Positions 9,001 through 16,027 of a stretch of DNA of 64,000 nucleotides are shown one piece after another. Origin of the DNA: a virus; IMG/VR virus record IMGVR_UViG_3300030329_006605, positions 1 to 64,000 of that record; one strand, 5' to 3'. A model generated the notes under the pieces. That model made no database searches. It saw only the letters and a list, made by a program, of their open reading frames with translations, and had not been told where the DNA came from. The position numbers and the translations under genes are program-made. Position 1 is the first letter of the stretch, and every line of letters starts with the position of its first letter.

Positions 9001-11559
9001 ATCTTCTGGAAAAAGAGCTTTGAATTCTGGCTTAATACCCTGTCCCATTATATCTACTCCCTCTGCACCCTTTTGCCCCCTTGTCTGTGGGTAAGTCATA
9101 GCCTGCAAGAAACCTTCCCAAGCATGACCCCTTACTTGTCCATGAGCATTTTCGGGCAAAGATTGAGGATCATAAGAATCCCTCATTGTTTCCCAATCCG
9201 GATGTTTTCCAAGGGCGTCTCCCGCGACATTATGCAGTAGGCCTCTCCAATTATTATCTAAAGAATGATCAAATCTTTTTCTAAAGCTGTCTGGCATTCC
9301 TCTGTTTTCGTCCCCAGAACTACCGATTGGTCCACCTTCTTCGGGTGTGATTCTTTCTTTAAGGTCTCTATTAAAAGTACCCGGCTCAACACCCGCACCC
9401 TTTTCCATTTCGCTTTGAATCAATCCGAAGCGAGCCGCATGAGGTCTATCAAGTAAAGCCCCGCCCACTCTTTCTTTTTGTGTTCCCAACTCCATTACAG
9501 GTAGCCGTGCTTTCCCAAGCCCCATATTAGCGCCGGGAATCTCATCGTCCAATAGCCTTTGAGGCCCGCTTATACTGGCGAAGTTAGGAACAAAGCCGTC
9601 GCTTTTTTTGAATTCTCTTTGTCTGGCTTCTGTAATTTTGTCTGCCAACTCATCCCTTTTTTGTCTTCCCACTGCGCCGTACCTAGGAATGACAGTCCAC
9701 TCCCCACCCTTGGGCGTCACGCCAAATTTTTTCTGCATTTGTTGTGGGCTATAAACATCTTCAGCATCATTAGCTAGAATGCCTGTATGCCCTTCTATTT
9801 TCGCTTGAGGATGCCATTGAGACTGAACGCTTTTTGGTGCGCCTAAAGCTTTAGCCATGGTTTCTTCTGAATTGCCAGCAGAGAAATTAGGAACATAGCC
9901 AGTTGCCGCGGTTTTTCCTGCGGGCATCATCTGCCCCTCAAAAACTTTCCCTGCTGCTGTATCACCTTTACCTACGGTGACCCCGGAAGCCGCAAGATTC
10001 TTTGCGATCGTCTCAGAGGTTTTTGCCATTCTAATCATGTGGTCAGATTCTTTTTGAATCATACCTAAAATTTTTGCATGCAGATCTTTCTCAGTAATTA
10101 AACCTTGGTTTAGTTTATTCAATTCTTCTGGGTTCTTCTGCAGGTAATTAAAAATCTGCCCTTGAATGTTGGCAGCTTCTCTAGAGCCTTGATTGAACCC
10201 TGTGATTCCTCCTAGAGCGTCCGCACTAAATCTAGTAAGTTTGTCGAACAGCTTCATTATACCCAACGTCAAAACCGCAATACCGGGCCCCTTGAGAAGA
10301 TTACCTATACCCTCTAACACTCCCGTAGCTAGCTTTTGACCGATCCCTTTGCCATCCATATCATCGCCGACGCCTTCAAGAGCTTCGTTTAAACCTCCCA
10401 AAGTTCTCTTTAGTGCTGGCCCCAAAGTTAAATTGCCAACAGCCGAACCAGCTTTCACAAGATTATTGAGCGTTTGAATCAATTGCGCGCTGATTGTTTT
10501 GTTTAATTGTTGATTTCTTTTCTCTGCTTCGTCCGTGGCTGAAGAAGCGATATTTAATGCGTTCGCATATAAGCTATGCTCTTTACTTAAATCTCCCAAG
10601 GCGGCTTTCAAAACGTTAACTTGGAAAACGCCACCAACCATCTCAGCGACCATGGCTCTTTGTCTTTTTTCTAAACCGTCATACTCCTTAGCTAGATTTC
10701 CTAATACCCCCATCAAGCTAAGGCTTGCTCCATTCGCGTCTTCCGTCGTAACACCTATAGCTTCTAAGGCGTCAATAACCCTAGGTCTTTGCATTCTTGT
10801 AAAGATAGTTTTGAATGCGTTACCAATAACCGCACCACCTCTAGCGGTTGTTTGTTGTGTTGCAGCGACAATACTTAACAACTCGTTCAAAGATACTCCT
10901 GCGTCAGAAGCAGAACTACCTACACGCTTTATGGCTTCAGCTAGGTCGGCAGAACTAACAGCAAAAGCCGCATCAACCGCGGCCATCTTATTTACGATTT
11001 CATTAGACTTTAAAGCTTCTTTCGTGAAGCCGTTCATCGCAGCAGTTAATGCCATTACAGAAGATGCTGCGTCTAGTCCAGATATACGTGTTAAAATTAA
11101 AGCGTCATTTGTTCTCTTTAAAGTTTCTTCTATCCCCAAGCCTTGTCTTGCTAATTCGTTTGCAGCTTCAGCTACAACAGAAAAAGCTTGACCAGTTCTA
11201 TTCGCTATTTCGAATAATTGATTTCCGAATCTTTCTAAAGAAGCACCACTTACCCCCAAGATTGTATTAATTTCCGTAAGAGATTTTTCAACGTCATGCG
11301 CTGCTTGAACCATTCCCCGAAGAGCCATTGAAACTGCGCCGATTGCTGCAACCGATGCACCGAACGCAATAACACGAGCATTAGAAGCTTCTAGGGATTT
11401 TTCGAATTCACCGAGTTGACCTTTAATTCTGCCGAGGGGTTGAGAGAACCGTTTGGCATCCAGAGGACCGAGATTATATCTAGCGTTTAACGCTTTTTTA
11501 ATCTCTCTGCTTAAGAGCGTGGTATCGCCCGATACGGTTAATCTAATATCAGATGGCAT
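1..11559 (-). CDS. Giant tail tape measure protein (>=3853 aa, 3' end outside window) with an internal array of enzymatic cargo modules
   Basis: ATG at 11559, with an in-frame stop upstream at 11590-11592. No stop in the ~7 kb translated by hand, and the ORF is absent from the track as expected if it stays open to base 1. N-terminus (MPSDIRLTVSGD...EKSLTEINTILG...LARQGLGIEETLKRTNDALILTR...AAVDAAFAVSSADLAEAIKRVG...TTARGGAVIGNAFKTIFTR) is a TP901-type TMP core. Gly/Ala/Met-rich hydrophobic segment at ~2180-2400. Lies downstream of the tail tube and chaperone-position genes. Confidence 0.93.
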   Translation of the reverse strand, partial: MPSDIRLTVSGDTTLLSREIKKALNARYNLGPLDAKRFSQPLGRIKGQLGEFEKSLEASNARVIAFGASVAAIGAVSMALRGMVQAAHDVEKSLTEINTILGVSGASLERFGNQLFEIANRTGQAFSVVAEAANELARQGLGIEETLKRTNDALILTRISGLDAASSVMALTAAMNGFTKEALKSNEIVNKMAAVDAAFAVSSADLAEAIKRVGSSASDAGVSLNELLSIVAATQQTTARGGAVIGNAFKTIFTRMQRPRVIDALEAIGVTTEDANGASLSLMGVLGNLAKEYDGLEKRQRAMVAEMVGGVFQVNVLKAALGDLSKEHSLYANALNIASSATDEAEKRNQQLNKTISAQLIQTLNNLVKAGSAVGNLTLGPALKRTLGGLNEALEGVGDDMDGKGIGQKLATGVLEGIGNLLKGPGIAVLTLGIMKLFDKLTRFSADALGGITGFNQGSREAANIQGQIFNYLQKNPEELNKLNQGLITEKDLHAKILGMIQKESDHMIRMAKTSETIAKNLAASGVTVGKGDTAAGKVFEGQMMPAGKTAATGYVPNFSAGNSEETMAKALGAPKSVQSQWHPQAKIEGHTGILANDAEDVYSPQQMQKKFGVTPKGGEWTVIPRYGAVGRQKRDELADKITEARQREFKKSDGFVPNFASISGPQRLLDDEIPGANMGLGKARLPVMELGTQKERVGGALLDRPHAARFGLIQSEMEKGAGVEPGTFNRDLKERITPEEGGPIGSSGDENRGMPDSFRKRFDHSLDNNWRGLLHNVAGDALGKHPDWETMRDSYDPQSLPENAHGQVRGHAWEGFLQAMTYPQTRGQKGAEGVDIMGQGIKPEFKALFPEDLPDSGIEIKAPAITDPQAHKKLLVLQEQSKHLIELERFKAATNFTYEGQAFNNYEDAINNLQIEFANPRAFNEKGNKVKGEAETLSFTGVKGAHAGVALGHELAGAIKGVDKERGDEERVIAETIEANRLKAAEKIFGTDAIWGAGSGEDRLSHAKSDPAGDFEGLLPASNEGDVKKSIHLIQRLSNSPAAADVLPPEVEKIMKGGGASGDAMAKSLYGWFEEDPDQNGEILRGIAAGMVNAVYPDGPPQPEWDRLEQQRGALDEAGTFGFGTKPHYATGYVPNFIRPSELSDDELVQFDDYDEHTVTYPANVKGFQLAQAWSAKQGILTGSPEDTDAPTTQVGVGQEMVDSQRRVEILTARGRKSKPTIEENLLNKNVNLKGVITTGDLFNDIKIEQGYDFAQIDPSTGLEVGVVRPSDFAPGGRLDDQYESLDEKGWPKGKGSRRWKHLNSAQKKALVLARMHRKAQDKGGVTPRFNLGDDAAENIEEINKLGIPEITGVQSFESKHANRGANPGGSKRFAGHVPNFIDPAILAEAGQLVTTGAMAASAGYAGLRSMFSEDGFDPLSIDDKVKDPKWLERLAEGAGDILSTDLDDLGSIPDKARKMFGRDSKASGYVPNFAKKLRTLVGAPGVGKSTWLQKNAPDDFIISRDDVVNEVVADMGMSYDDTFEIPGEEVKVGAIHPKLGTAMVNPDFDPKLAEDQPWIPELVWSNVLEARGEIQKRFDARVSEASKSGKDISVDMTNMSARERKMSLEMFDQDTIKDYEKEAVVFGDISNLDPRKQEDVKSAIKAITARRAEIIKEKGGSKTIPEAAIEGMYNRFEAPTLDEGFDNIETVDDIERILNLAKPENLAQMKSMGYIPNFFLDPLLDPQTQQTLLDLVPQQIPFHSQAGTPSPWLEKLQKAAQFVGVPYTIIKGMMYDPDVPFGQTKSEPPFAGRKFPGQDYNHGILETIIESTDFFQNTRKKEIDRLIAEDTLVDPTAPHKGTKNESEIFQLQHDQRDAEEQDFFGVKAAKQWVKEKLSSPTQDDPSTPPSDAGQTWGEWAEGKISSLFGGKKSTGYVPNFLDLFRGYSEGEYQYGKAGRPDMSYGPVTGKEKQAGQGNTTEESLRSFEAWLAEQSSKSVSPAGVASLSRSEEIAQRWAEHRGAMLELTPGDEEVGSAPEIGSADGSPGTAGELTRRSEASSGLRETKHGTKRLMNQEKTRRWFAMQAAAGRGGQEAVTRLIDLAMEKAIYFDAQNWLGPDQELPKLAAGGWQHHSPRTEQEVKRIGGIHGAVGHVPNFLEYDFLGGDPDSGYRYSFSSSVSDLVALHATKSGSASDLEKILTNTNNEILSSALTPGGGGQSKDRLERATRTERYKRAGLPVPSPKEVGFYLNNMRPMGIQARLAGLNPSIINTPDQKAYAAGQIKMDKVIGISQLGPKSAGREWPFGAGPIESDDQIQSETLIKAFGGVNEKMGEEKIVGSRGGASWQRIADPVLGEGKEKYTTEEAAQAYLDTIHPDAFKPEGDKGYVAPHLRAKQFEEEFNKARKIVDAQKAAGLKAKADILEDIMAEETGGFRTGADEYIMDTLDENKHLIEGVDKAARRTTLKGQATAKSGLTSDSYSADIVYPEGHTRSAALGQSSGLNPEELVTSGEAKNKEMVSKEVGGVNSIDEWFKATIGKHSRDILARSVANADSQFKEGDANFKDSINLGLQVLGVSEDLDTEIPLGGAETDADLRRGQKIAKYSQAGDYASGFVPNFAARGVLDWDTFKQKGKGSRLAYDELVRFALNSGKPITTVMGPSGVGKSTFAGIKEGGKGTPIQSEQDIIDSDKIVVVQASDNLNNELTKQTVEKSNRLIALEAEGGPEQIMKQRIGRLDTPSDLFTRSWGSVVGSLQLPTDQDEFLSQVEEVRPDMRRHAIKRQKYGGFVPNFNPMIESMQREKALAGSAIALTSNRLGQEVVVNRSQAREHGYSADKIIKKDHIDRGQKADRVNLGKTGSGKERYAASGFVPNFAEEGFGLGDLMGPMGLGMLAYSGQMGEIEPVINPVLKEIERLGGRLGLLQRELEGAGQSAAGAEQKYKALKMEVGKDPSRYQPKGDILKAKTDEIIASGRTITDDKGKDHFMRGERTTREGKAAASKIAKEELKNEFTSEVARFEAEGYSMDDSGKVIAPEQQITIEGETKSRSAWESELRDTSDKEAAARARAERTDNIKKKGMVAGMGGGMAMNIAGGMLPEEMKKTKTALSGMSEAASMAGTAMMMIPGPIGVAAGAFVGITGVVGSLYNSLNDAGPALKEEMEKTKEKFTKLSDSTQKFTQVSQKLAAAYADVNSHAETIVRLEREMAETLADVPDQYRAQLMAVNDTTKQQELIAKALYEEGQKLQQISLAASLAEAVDAVDDWHDFFTEGILGMNDKVYNTETIKGRMDARSDAKAFSKSLDSEQLQFMADRAPELQGASASDIVSALESIPNQTDQMKLIIEGQRRGVEQGDVDATGLQTYFDAIVEISAQMQNSKNTLEALREVRDQERIKAEQLTKAHKDSIDVLNDAKEAYFQFLKAMGRRAEFKKQIDDRMGKDGTGLGLDSRMGRNLERSRMELEIKRMAPFMGEETTAQLEYDVKLSQIMEDSGVKLGDEMRKAQSGMFDKVFDQISRIKAGAEEKRSAGGSERNKAATFQAEKKLKAVLAIGEEVAMLQKTAQEGGAGSITDVADKLKQIVDANKETFMKTETLKSGIDEQTDKITEILSTLHMDNVHQLRELIQQKLHAQLVRQDKRELDRMGGINAFLDPKSMDPLIEKFTLGLDKFTTGPTGAEQGRGALMLLKSWEKITGQSPDGGGAAEAMRDMAIGEYAGLLKQHTLNAADTMRSRATSEMDPAKRSQMIAAAEEMERAADDPKVYEAAMKQIMRDTPLEETAGNTRQMVGILDAIKKIVGNQYEPMRGIAQGQFDKARSFSLENQQQAIKQFQAHVHNINRIAGEVGDIKGAFLEVGELRSKMIATAGDEGFDVKD
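3256..3756 (-). other. TMP module 9: small P-loop kinase
   Basis: VMGPSGVGKSTF Walker A, followed later by a lid-like QIMKQRIGR. Confidence 0.75.
5158..5793 (-). other. TMP module 7: putative R-S-E ADP-ribosyltransferase
   Basis: LFRG (R), ASLSRSEEIAQRWA (SxS plus helix) and TEQEV (ExE), in canonical order. Confidence 0.7.
6418..7134 (-). other. TMP module 5: polynucleotide kinase-like (AAA_33) P-loop kinase
   Basis: LVGAPGVGKSTW, IISRDD, ISVDMTN...R and IPEAAIEGMYNRFEAPTLDEGF match the T4 PNK kinase/AAA_33 signatures. Confidence 0.88.
7432..8145 (-). other. TMP module 3: HAD-family phosphatase (PNK 3'-phosphatase-like)
   Basis: Motif I FDDYDEHT, motif II VEILTARG, motif III SAQKKALV, motif IV NLGDDAAENI, in the expected order. 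Confidence 0.75.
8164..9579 (-). other. TMP module 2: putative PD-(D/E)xK nuclease domain
   Basis: RGHAWEGFLQA...GVDIM...GIEIKA gives the E...D...ExK pattern of the restriction-endonuclease fold. Confidence 0.6.
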
Positions 11560-11654
11560 GGGACCCGGTTGCAGCGATTTTAATCGCTTTTATTACCACT
11601 TATTACACATTTTTTACTTATTTTATAAATTAATTTTATACTCTTTTCCCACTG

Positions 11655-12572
11655 TTATCTTCTTCTTCTGGCGGGTTTGGATCTCTTTATAGAGCTCTGT
11701 TGTTTTGACTGCATTCTTTGTTGTTCTCTCCTTGAATTTATTAAATTAAATTCATTATCAAACCAATTCATTATCTTCTCTAGTCCCCCTTGTTCATCTT
11801 GGTAATAATGCTCAGGAACCCCGTTTTCACTTTCTTGCAATACAGATTTACAAAATTTACCCCTAGTATATAAATTCATTTGATATACAGTCATTTCTAA
11901 CACGGGCTTTCCGAAGAACTTTACGGGGTCATTATCAGACATCATAAAAGCATTAAGAAAAAATGTATTAACTGCTATTCTTTTTATATTTTTCTCCGAA
12001 TAAGATGATATTGCTTGATTATATTCTTTAACAATTCCCCCAATATCTCTGTAACTTAATTCAGAATATTCTTCTTTCGTATAGTAGGGTTCGGTGAGTT
12101 CTTCGTTCTTGTAAAAAGCCCTATAAACATAGTCTTCATTTATTTTTTTACTACAGAAGCTTTCTAGGGTTGGATTTACTATTTCATCTCTTTTTTTTGA
12201 AATATCTCTTAAAGCTTTTTCTTCTTTATCAACTTCTTCTTGAAATTTTTCCCTTTGTTCTGGGATGACTATTTTAGCCATGTGATCGATTGTGTCAGAT
12301 AGGTTTTGTTTTGCCTGAAGATATTCTGTTTCTTCTTCTTCGGTCCAGAAATCTTCTTCTTTAAGAAATTTAATTTTTTCCAATTCTGACATTAAGCCCA
12401 TTTCTTGAGCTTCTATTTTATAGGAATTATATATACTTTCTAATAGCCCCAAATCAGCTTCAGCAAAATGTTTTATGTATTTATTCCCATTAGGAACATG
12501 GGTGTATCCCTGCAGTATATCTCTATAAGCATTACGGCATTCTTTTGAATTTGTTAATATTATACTTGACAC
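11655..12572 (-). CDS. Hypothetical protein, possible tail assembly chaperone
   Basis: 305 aa, helical/charged, immediately upstream of the TMP. Confidence 0.45.
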   Translation of the reverse strand: MSSIILTNSKECRNAYRDILQGYTHVPNGNKYIKHFAEADLGLLESIYNSYKIEAQEMGLMSELEKIKFLKEEDFWTEEEETEYLQAKQNLSDTIDHMAKIVIPEQREKFQEEVDKEEKALRDISKKRDEIVNPTLESFCSKKINEDYVYRAFYKNEELTEPYYTKEEYSELSYRDIGGIVKEYNQAISSYSEKNIKRIAVNTFFLNAFMMSDNDPVKFFGKPVLEMTVYQMNLYTRGKFCKSVLQESENGVPEHYYQDEQGGLEKIMNWFDNEFNLINSRREQQRMQSKQQSSIKRSKPARRRR

Positions 12573-12581
12573 TTAACATAC

Positions 12582-13595
12582 TCATTCTTCGGCTTCGTTA
12601 CTTAGGTTAACCTCTTTTTCAGACTTTACAGAAGCCTCTTCCTCCGCGACAGCCTCTTCTTTATCTGTTTTTTCTACCGCTTTTTCTTCTGTTTTCTTGG
12701 TTACCTTAGGTTTTCTGCCTCTTTTCTTTTTTGCCGCTGTCTTTTTCTTGGGCTCTTCTTTCTTTTTCTCTTCCGCCTTTGCTGCAGCTTCTTCTTCAGC
12801 TTTCTTAGACTCAATGATCGTGTCTATTTCGTATTCATTATTAGATTTATAGATCTCCTGAATAGATTCAAAATCTTCTTGATTTGCTGCTCTGCCCATG
12901 TACCAGAAACTAACATAATAAGCTAATCTCTTAATGGCTTCGTTTCCAAATACATCGTCTGAATCTTCAATCTGGTCATAAGAATCAAGCCTCGCTTCAA
13001 AACTTGTTCCATTAAAAAACGGCGCGAAATCATTATGATCATGCTCTTTCCAATGGGATAAATTTAAAACCCACCACATAATGACTTGATTCTTCGCTCT
13101 ATTTTCGGCGGTTTGATCAAAAATGTTAGATTGACTGTTCTCAATATCTTGCAATTCCCTCCTCATTCCCGCGATTTCTGTTAAAAGACTTTGGGAAAGT
13201 TGTGTTTTTAGGTCGGAATCTTTTTCGTCAAGATTTAACTGGAGTCTTTGGTATTCGTTTTCCTTGTTATAAATGGCTAAATACAATTCAGAATACCGCT
13301 TTTTCTCTGATTCGCTGAATGCCCCGCCGTCGTCTTCGTAACGCTTTGCAAGCAAATTCCTTGTCAATAAACCAGCCTTAATGCCTTCTGACATTTTTAC
13401 CCCATAAAATAGCTCTGCTTGGTCATAGAGCTTTCTGTTGGGGCGCTTCAGTGCAAAAGCAATTTCTCGAGGTTTTTGAACCTTTTTAATGGTTTTAATG
13501 TCCTCGCCGTTTTCGTCTTTGGATTCAATTGTTTCTTCGACCTCATCGAAGTTATTAATTGAAAATTCAAATAGCCATTTATTTCTCTTCTTCAT
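12582..13595 (-). CDS. Hypothetical protein, possible tail assembly chaperone, with E/K-rich C-terminal tail
   Basis: 337 aa, between the tail tube and TMP genes. Confidence 0.45.
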   Translation of the reverse strand: MKKRNKWLFEFSINNFDEVEETIESKDENGEDIKTIKKVQKPREIAFALKRPNRKLYDQAELFYGVKMSEGIKAGLLTRNLLAKRYEDDGGAFSESEKKRYSELYLAIYNKENEYQRLQLNLDEKDSDLKTQLSQSLLTEIAGMRRELQDIENSQSNIFDQTAENRAKNQVIMWWVLNLSHWKEHDHNDFAPFFNGTSFEARLDSYDQIEDSDDVFGNEAIKRLAYYVSFWYMGRAANQEDFESIQEIYKSNNEYEIDTIIESKKAEEEAAAKAEEKKKEEPKKKTAAKKKRGRKPKVTKKTEEKAVEKTDKEEAVAEEEASVKSEKEVNLSNEAEE

Positions 13596-13956
13596 AAATA
13601 TTATTCCTTGTTTTACTGTGTATAATTAGATTTTTATCCGGGTTGCCGAAATCAATATCATTATTATCATTTAATGAAATATTAAAATTTTCCAACAAAT
13701 CTGAAAGATCTCTCATAGCCTCGTTACCCGAATCAAGAACTCGCTTACGAACAAGGGAATAATGATCATTATTTAGATAATTTAATATAGCTAAGTCTTC
13801 TGGAGATAATTTGTCTCTTAGCTTCTCTACGGCAATTGTATGTGTATATTGAATATCTTCTAACGCTCCCAGATAATTTTTAAAAAGTCTGGTGATTGAT
13901 TTTCTGATTTCTGAATTCAGAAGTTTGTGATGTTTTTGACCATTTTCCTTGTCCAT
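13579..13956 (-). CDS. Hypothetical protein
   Basis: 125-aa ORF in the tail operon, preceded by a late-promoter-like motif. Confidence 0.6.
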   Translation of the reverse strand: MDKENGQKHHKLLNSEIRKSITRLFKNYLGALEDIQYTHTIAVEKLRDKLSPEDLAILNYLNNDHYSLVRKRVLDSGNEAMRDLSDLLENFNISLNDNNDIDFGNPDKNLIIHSKTRNNIYEEEK

Positions 13957-14004
13957 AAGCCTTTTTCCTTAAATATAAATACACATTTTTAAATAATAAA
14001 TCAC

Positions 14005-14033
14005 AAAAAACCCCGCGCCGGAACGCGGGGTTT
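14005..14033 (-). terminator. Rho-independent terminator after the tail tube gene
   Basis: CCCCGCG/CGCGGGG stem followed by T6 on the minus strand. Confidence 0.85.
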
Positions 14034-14078
14034 ATGTTTACTTTAGTTAAATAAATAACTAAAAGCTTTGTGACCCGA

Positions 14079-15014
14079 TTACTTAATGTTACAGGAGTCA
14101 GCGGTTGATCCGACTACGTAGTTGTACGTAGCGAACAATTCACCAACAGCCATATTGCTAGTTCTCGAATCGATCTCGCCGTTACCAATTTCAAATTGAT
14201 AAGCACCGATGTTACTCGAAGTGAGTTTGTTTGCGTCGCTCACTTCTTGCAGACCCTCAAGAGTCATAGAAGCAGTTCCCGGAGGAGAACTCAGAGCTTC
14301 ACCATCAGTTGCGGGATTGCCACCCAAGCAGAGAACCAACTCTACAGGGATGTCCCAAGCCCAAGCCAAGGACTGAACACAGCCATGACCAGTTGGGGTC
14401 GTGGCGAAGATGTCGTTCGGCTCAACAACGGATAGGGTCGAGGCCGCGCCGCCACCATCAGCAGTTTCAGAACTACCGGCTTGCGCACCGAAACCAAAGT
14501 CACCACTTACTGCTTGCGCACCAATGAATGACAAGGAAAAGGTCGGCATAGCGCCAACAGAAGCGTCGGCGGAGAAGGACGTCATAAGAGAGTGGGCGAT
14601 TGCGCCAACCTCTTGAACTACAACTCCAACATAATCTGGCGAATTCGCCAACGTATCATGAAGCATAGCGTTCATGTCCTTTTCAGACAATGCGGCTGTA
14701 TTTGCGTGATCGGTTGGAGTCTGAGTTCCGTCCTCAAGCTGATCGGCGGAAGCGTCAGTTCCTGAGCCTGTACGCGGGATAAATGAAAACTCGATGTTGG
14801 CGGATTCAGCCTCTAATTTAGGCCGAGCAACAACACCTTTAACGCCAAAAGCGTTTACGTCAGCACGAGGAATAGTCAACGTATAAGTTGCATTCTGTAC
14901 TGTGTCGGGCTTCGCATATAGATTTTGACCAGCAGCACTACCACCTGTGAGGGTGGCGGCTTCTGATTTAATTTCTACATTCGATTGCGTATAGATTTTT
15001 CTACTAATTGCCAT
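14079..15014 (-). CDS. Major tail (tube) protein
   Basis: 311 aa, beta-rich G/S/T/A composition, strong AGGAGA RBS and own terminator, located between neck genes and TMP. Confidence 0.7.
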   Translation of the reverse strand: MAISRKIYTQSNVEIKSEAATLTGGSAAGQNLYAKPDTVQNATYTLTIPRADVNAFGVKGVVARPKLEAESANIEFSFIPRTGSGTDASADQLEDGTQTPTDHANTAALSEKDMNAMLHDTLANSPDYVGVVVQEVGAIAHSLMTSFSADASVGAMPTFSLSFIGAQAVSGDFGFGAQAGSSETADGGGAASTLSVVEPNDIFATTPTGHGCVQSLAWAWDIPVELVLCLGGNPATDGEALSSPPGTASMTLEGLQEVSDANKLTSSNIGAYQFEIGNGEIDSRTSNMAVGELFATYNYVVGSTADSCNIK

Positions 15015-15136
15015 AAGATATATCTCCTATATTTAGACTAAACATAGACAAGCAATCAAAAAATGGTTTTGAACTCGCATATCTTTGTATATCTACGTGG
15101 TATTACAGCCAGTTTCGGTGAATGTGAAATAGATAT

Positions 15137-16027
15137 TTAACTTTTTTGACCTAAGGAATGCACCTCAAAGTCGACAAAAGCGGAAAAAACGTCTAAATCT
15201 AGTTCGTTTACTGACTGAGAAGAGTCGGGTGCGATCTTAGAAACCCTTACGTTCCATATGCTAGGACCACAATTGCCGTCTGAGCATTGAGAAAGTGTGT
15301 CATAATTGTATGCTGTGCCCGTATATGCTCCCATTGCATTAAAAGGTGTGTCAGTAATAATTGGAAGCCTTTTTCTGGCTGTATCTTTAAGAATATTACA
15401 AACCGCGTCCAAACTAAAAGCGGAATCTGAAAGTATAACCGCTCGAATATCAGTTCGAACATTTTCTACGCCGCCCAGCCCCATAGGTAAACTGTCTCCA
15501 CCCATGTTTTTTATATATATAACTGGGTATGTAGAAGCGTCGTATTGTAAACCCGTGACCGGTTGATAAACCTTTGGTCTAAGGTGATGCTTGGTGTGAA
15601 AAAGTAAATTTTCTTCTGATTGACTTGTTAAAAGAACACTGTAATCTTTTACAGCAAAATTCCCGCTAATAGTTGATCCAGATTTATCTTGATTAAAATA
15701 AACGTGCCCTTTTTGATGATTTATGCCGACTAAGCCCGCGTCATTACTTGCAACAGATTTAAAAACCCCATCGACGTAAACCCCGTCAATTATATTTGCG
15801 TAGTGTGTGCTTGCGGGGCTAGTGTTTGGTATGGTAGCTGTTTCCATACTGCTATCCACAACAAACTGCTGGAAAGGAGATGTATAAGTATAATAACCGT
15901 TATATAGATTATCTGCTGGGTAAAAATTTGCCCCCCAGTTTTCGTACGCCACGCCTTTGTCAAGAATTTCGTGATCCACGAATTGCAAAAAGCTGCTCAT
16001 TATTTTATTTTCCCATTGAACTCTCAT
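15137..16027 (-). CDS. Putative tail terminator/completion protein
   Basis: Synteny, plus YPVIYI...DIRAVILSD pattern typical of tail terminators. Confidence 0.5.
   Translation of the reverse strand: MRVQWENKIMSSFLQFVDHEILDKGVAYENWGANFYPADNLYNGYYTYTSPFQQFVVDSSMETATIPNTSPASTHYANIIDGVYVDGVFKSVASNDAGLVGINHQKGHVYFNQDKSGSTISGNFAVKDYSVLLTSQSEENLLFHTKHHLRPKVYQPVTGLQYDASTYPVIYIKNMGGDSLPMGLGGVENVRTDIRAVILSDSAFSLDAVCNILKDTARKRLPIITDTPFNAMGAYTGTAYNYDTLSQCSDGNCGPSIWNVRVSKIAPDSSQSVNELDLDVFSAFVDFEVHSLGQKS

Larger units (their letters stand above)
2992..9900 (-). repeat. Eleven G[YFH][VI]PNF peptide motifs delimiting ten modules within the TMP
   Basis: Manual translation places the motifs at 9883-9900, 9580-9597, 8146-8163, 7414-7431, 7135-7152, 6400-6417, 5794-5811, 5140-5157, 3757-3774, 3238-3255 and 2992-3009. 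Confidence 0.95.

Noticed and set aside
2992-9900. TMP inserts as inteins or introns
   Set aside because: There are no C/S...HN-C/S/T splice junctions or LAGLIDADG motifs, and the frame is uninterrupted.
190-11692. Many plus-strand ORFs in the track over 0.2-11.7 kb
   Set aside because: They are antisense shadows of the single minus-strand TMP frame.
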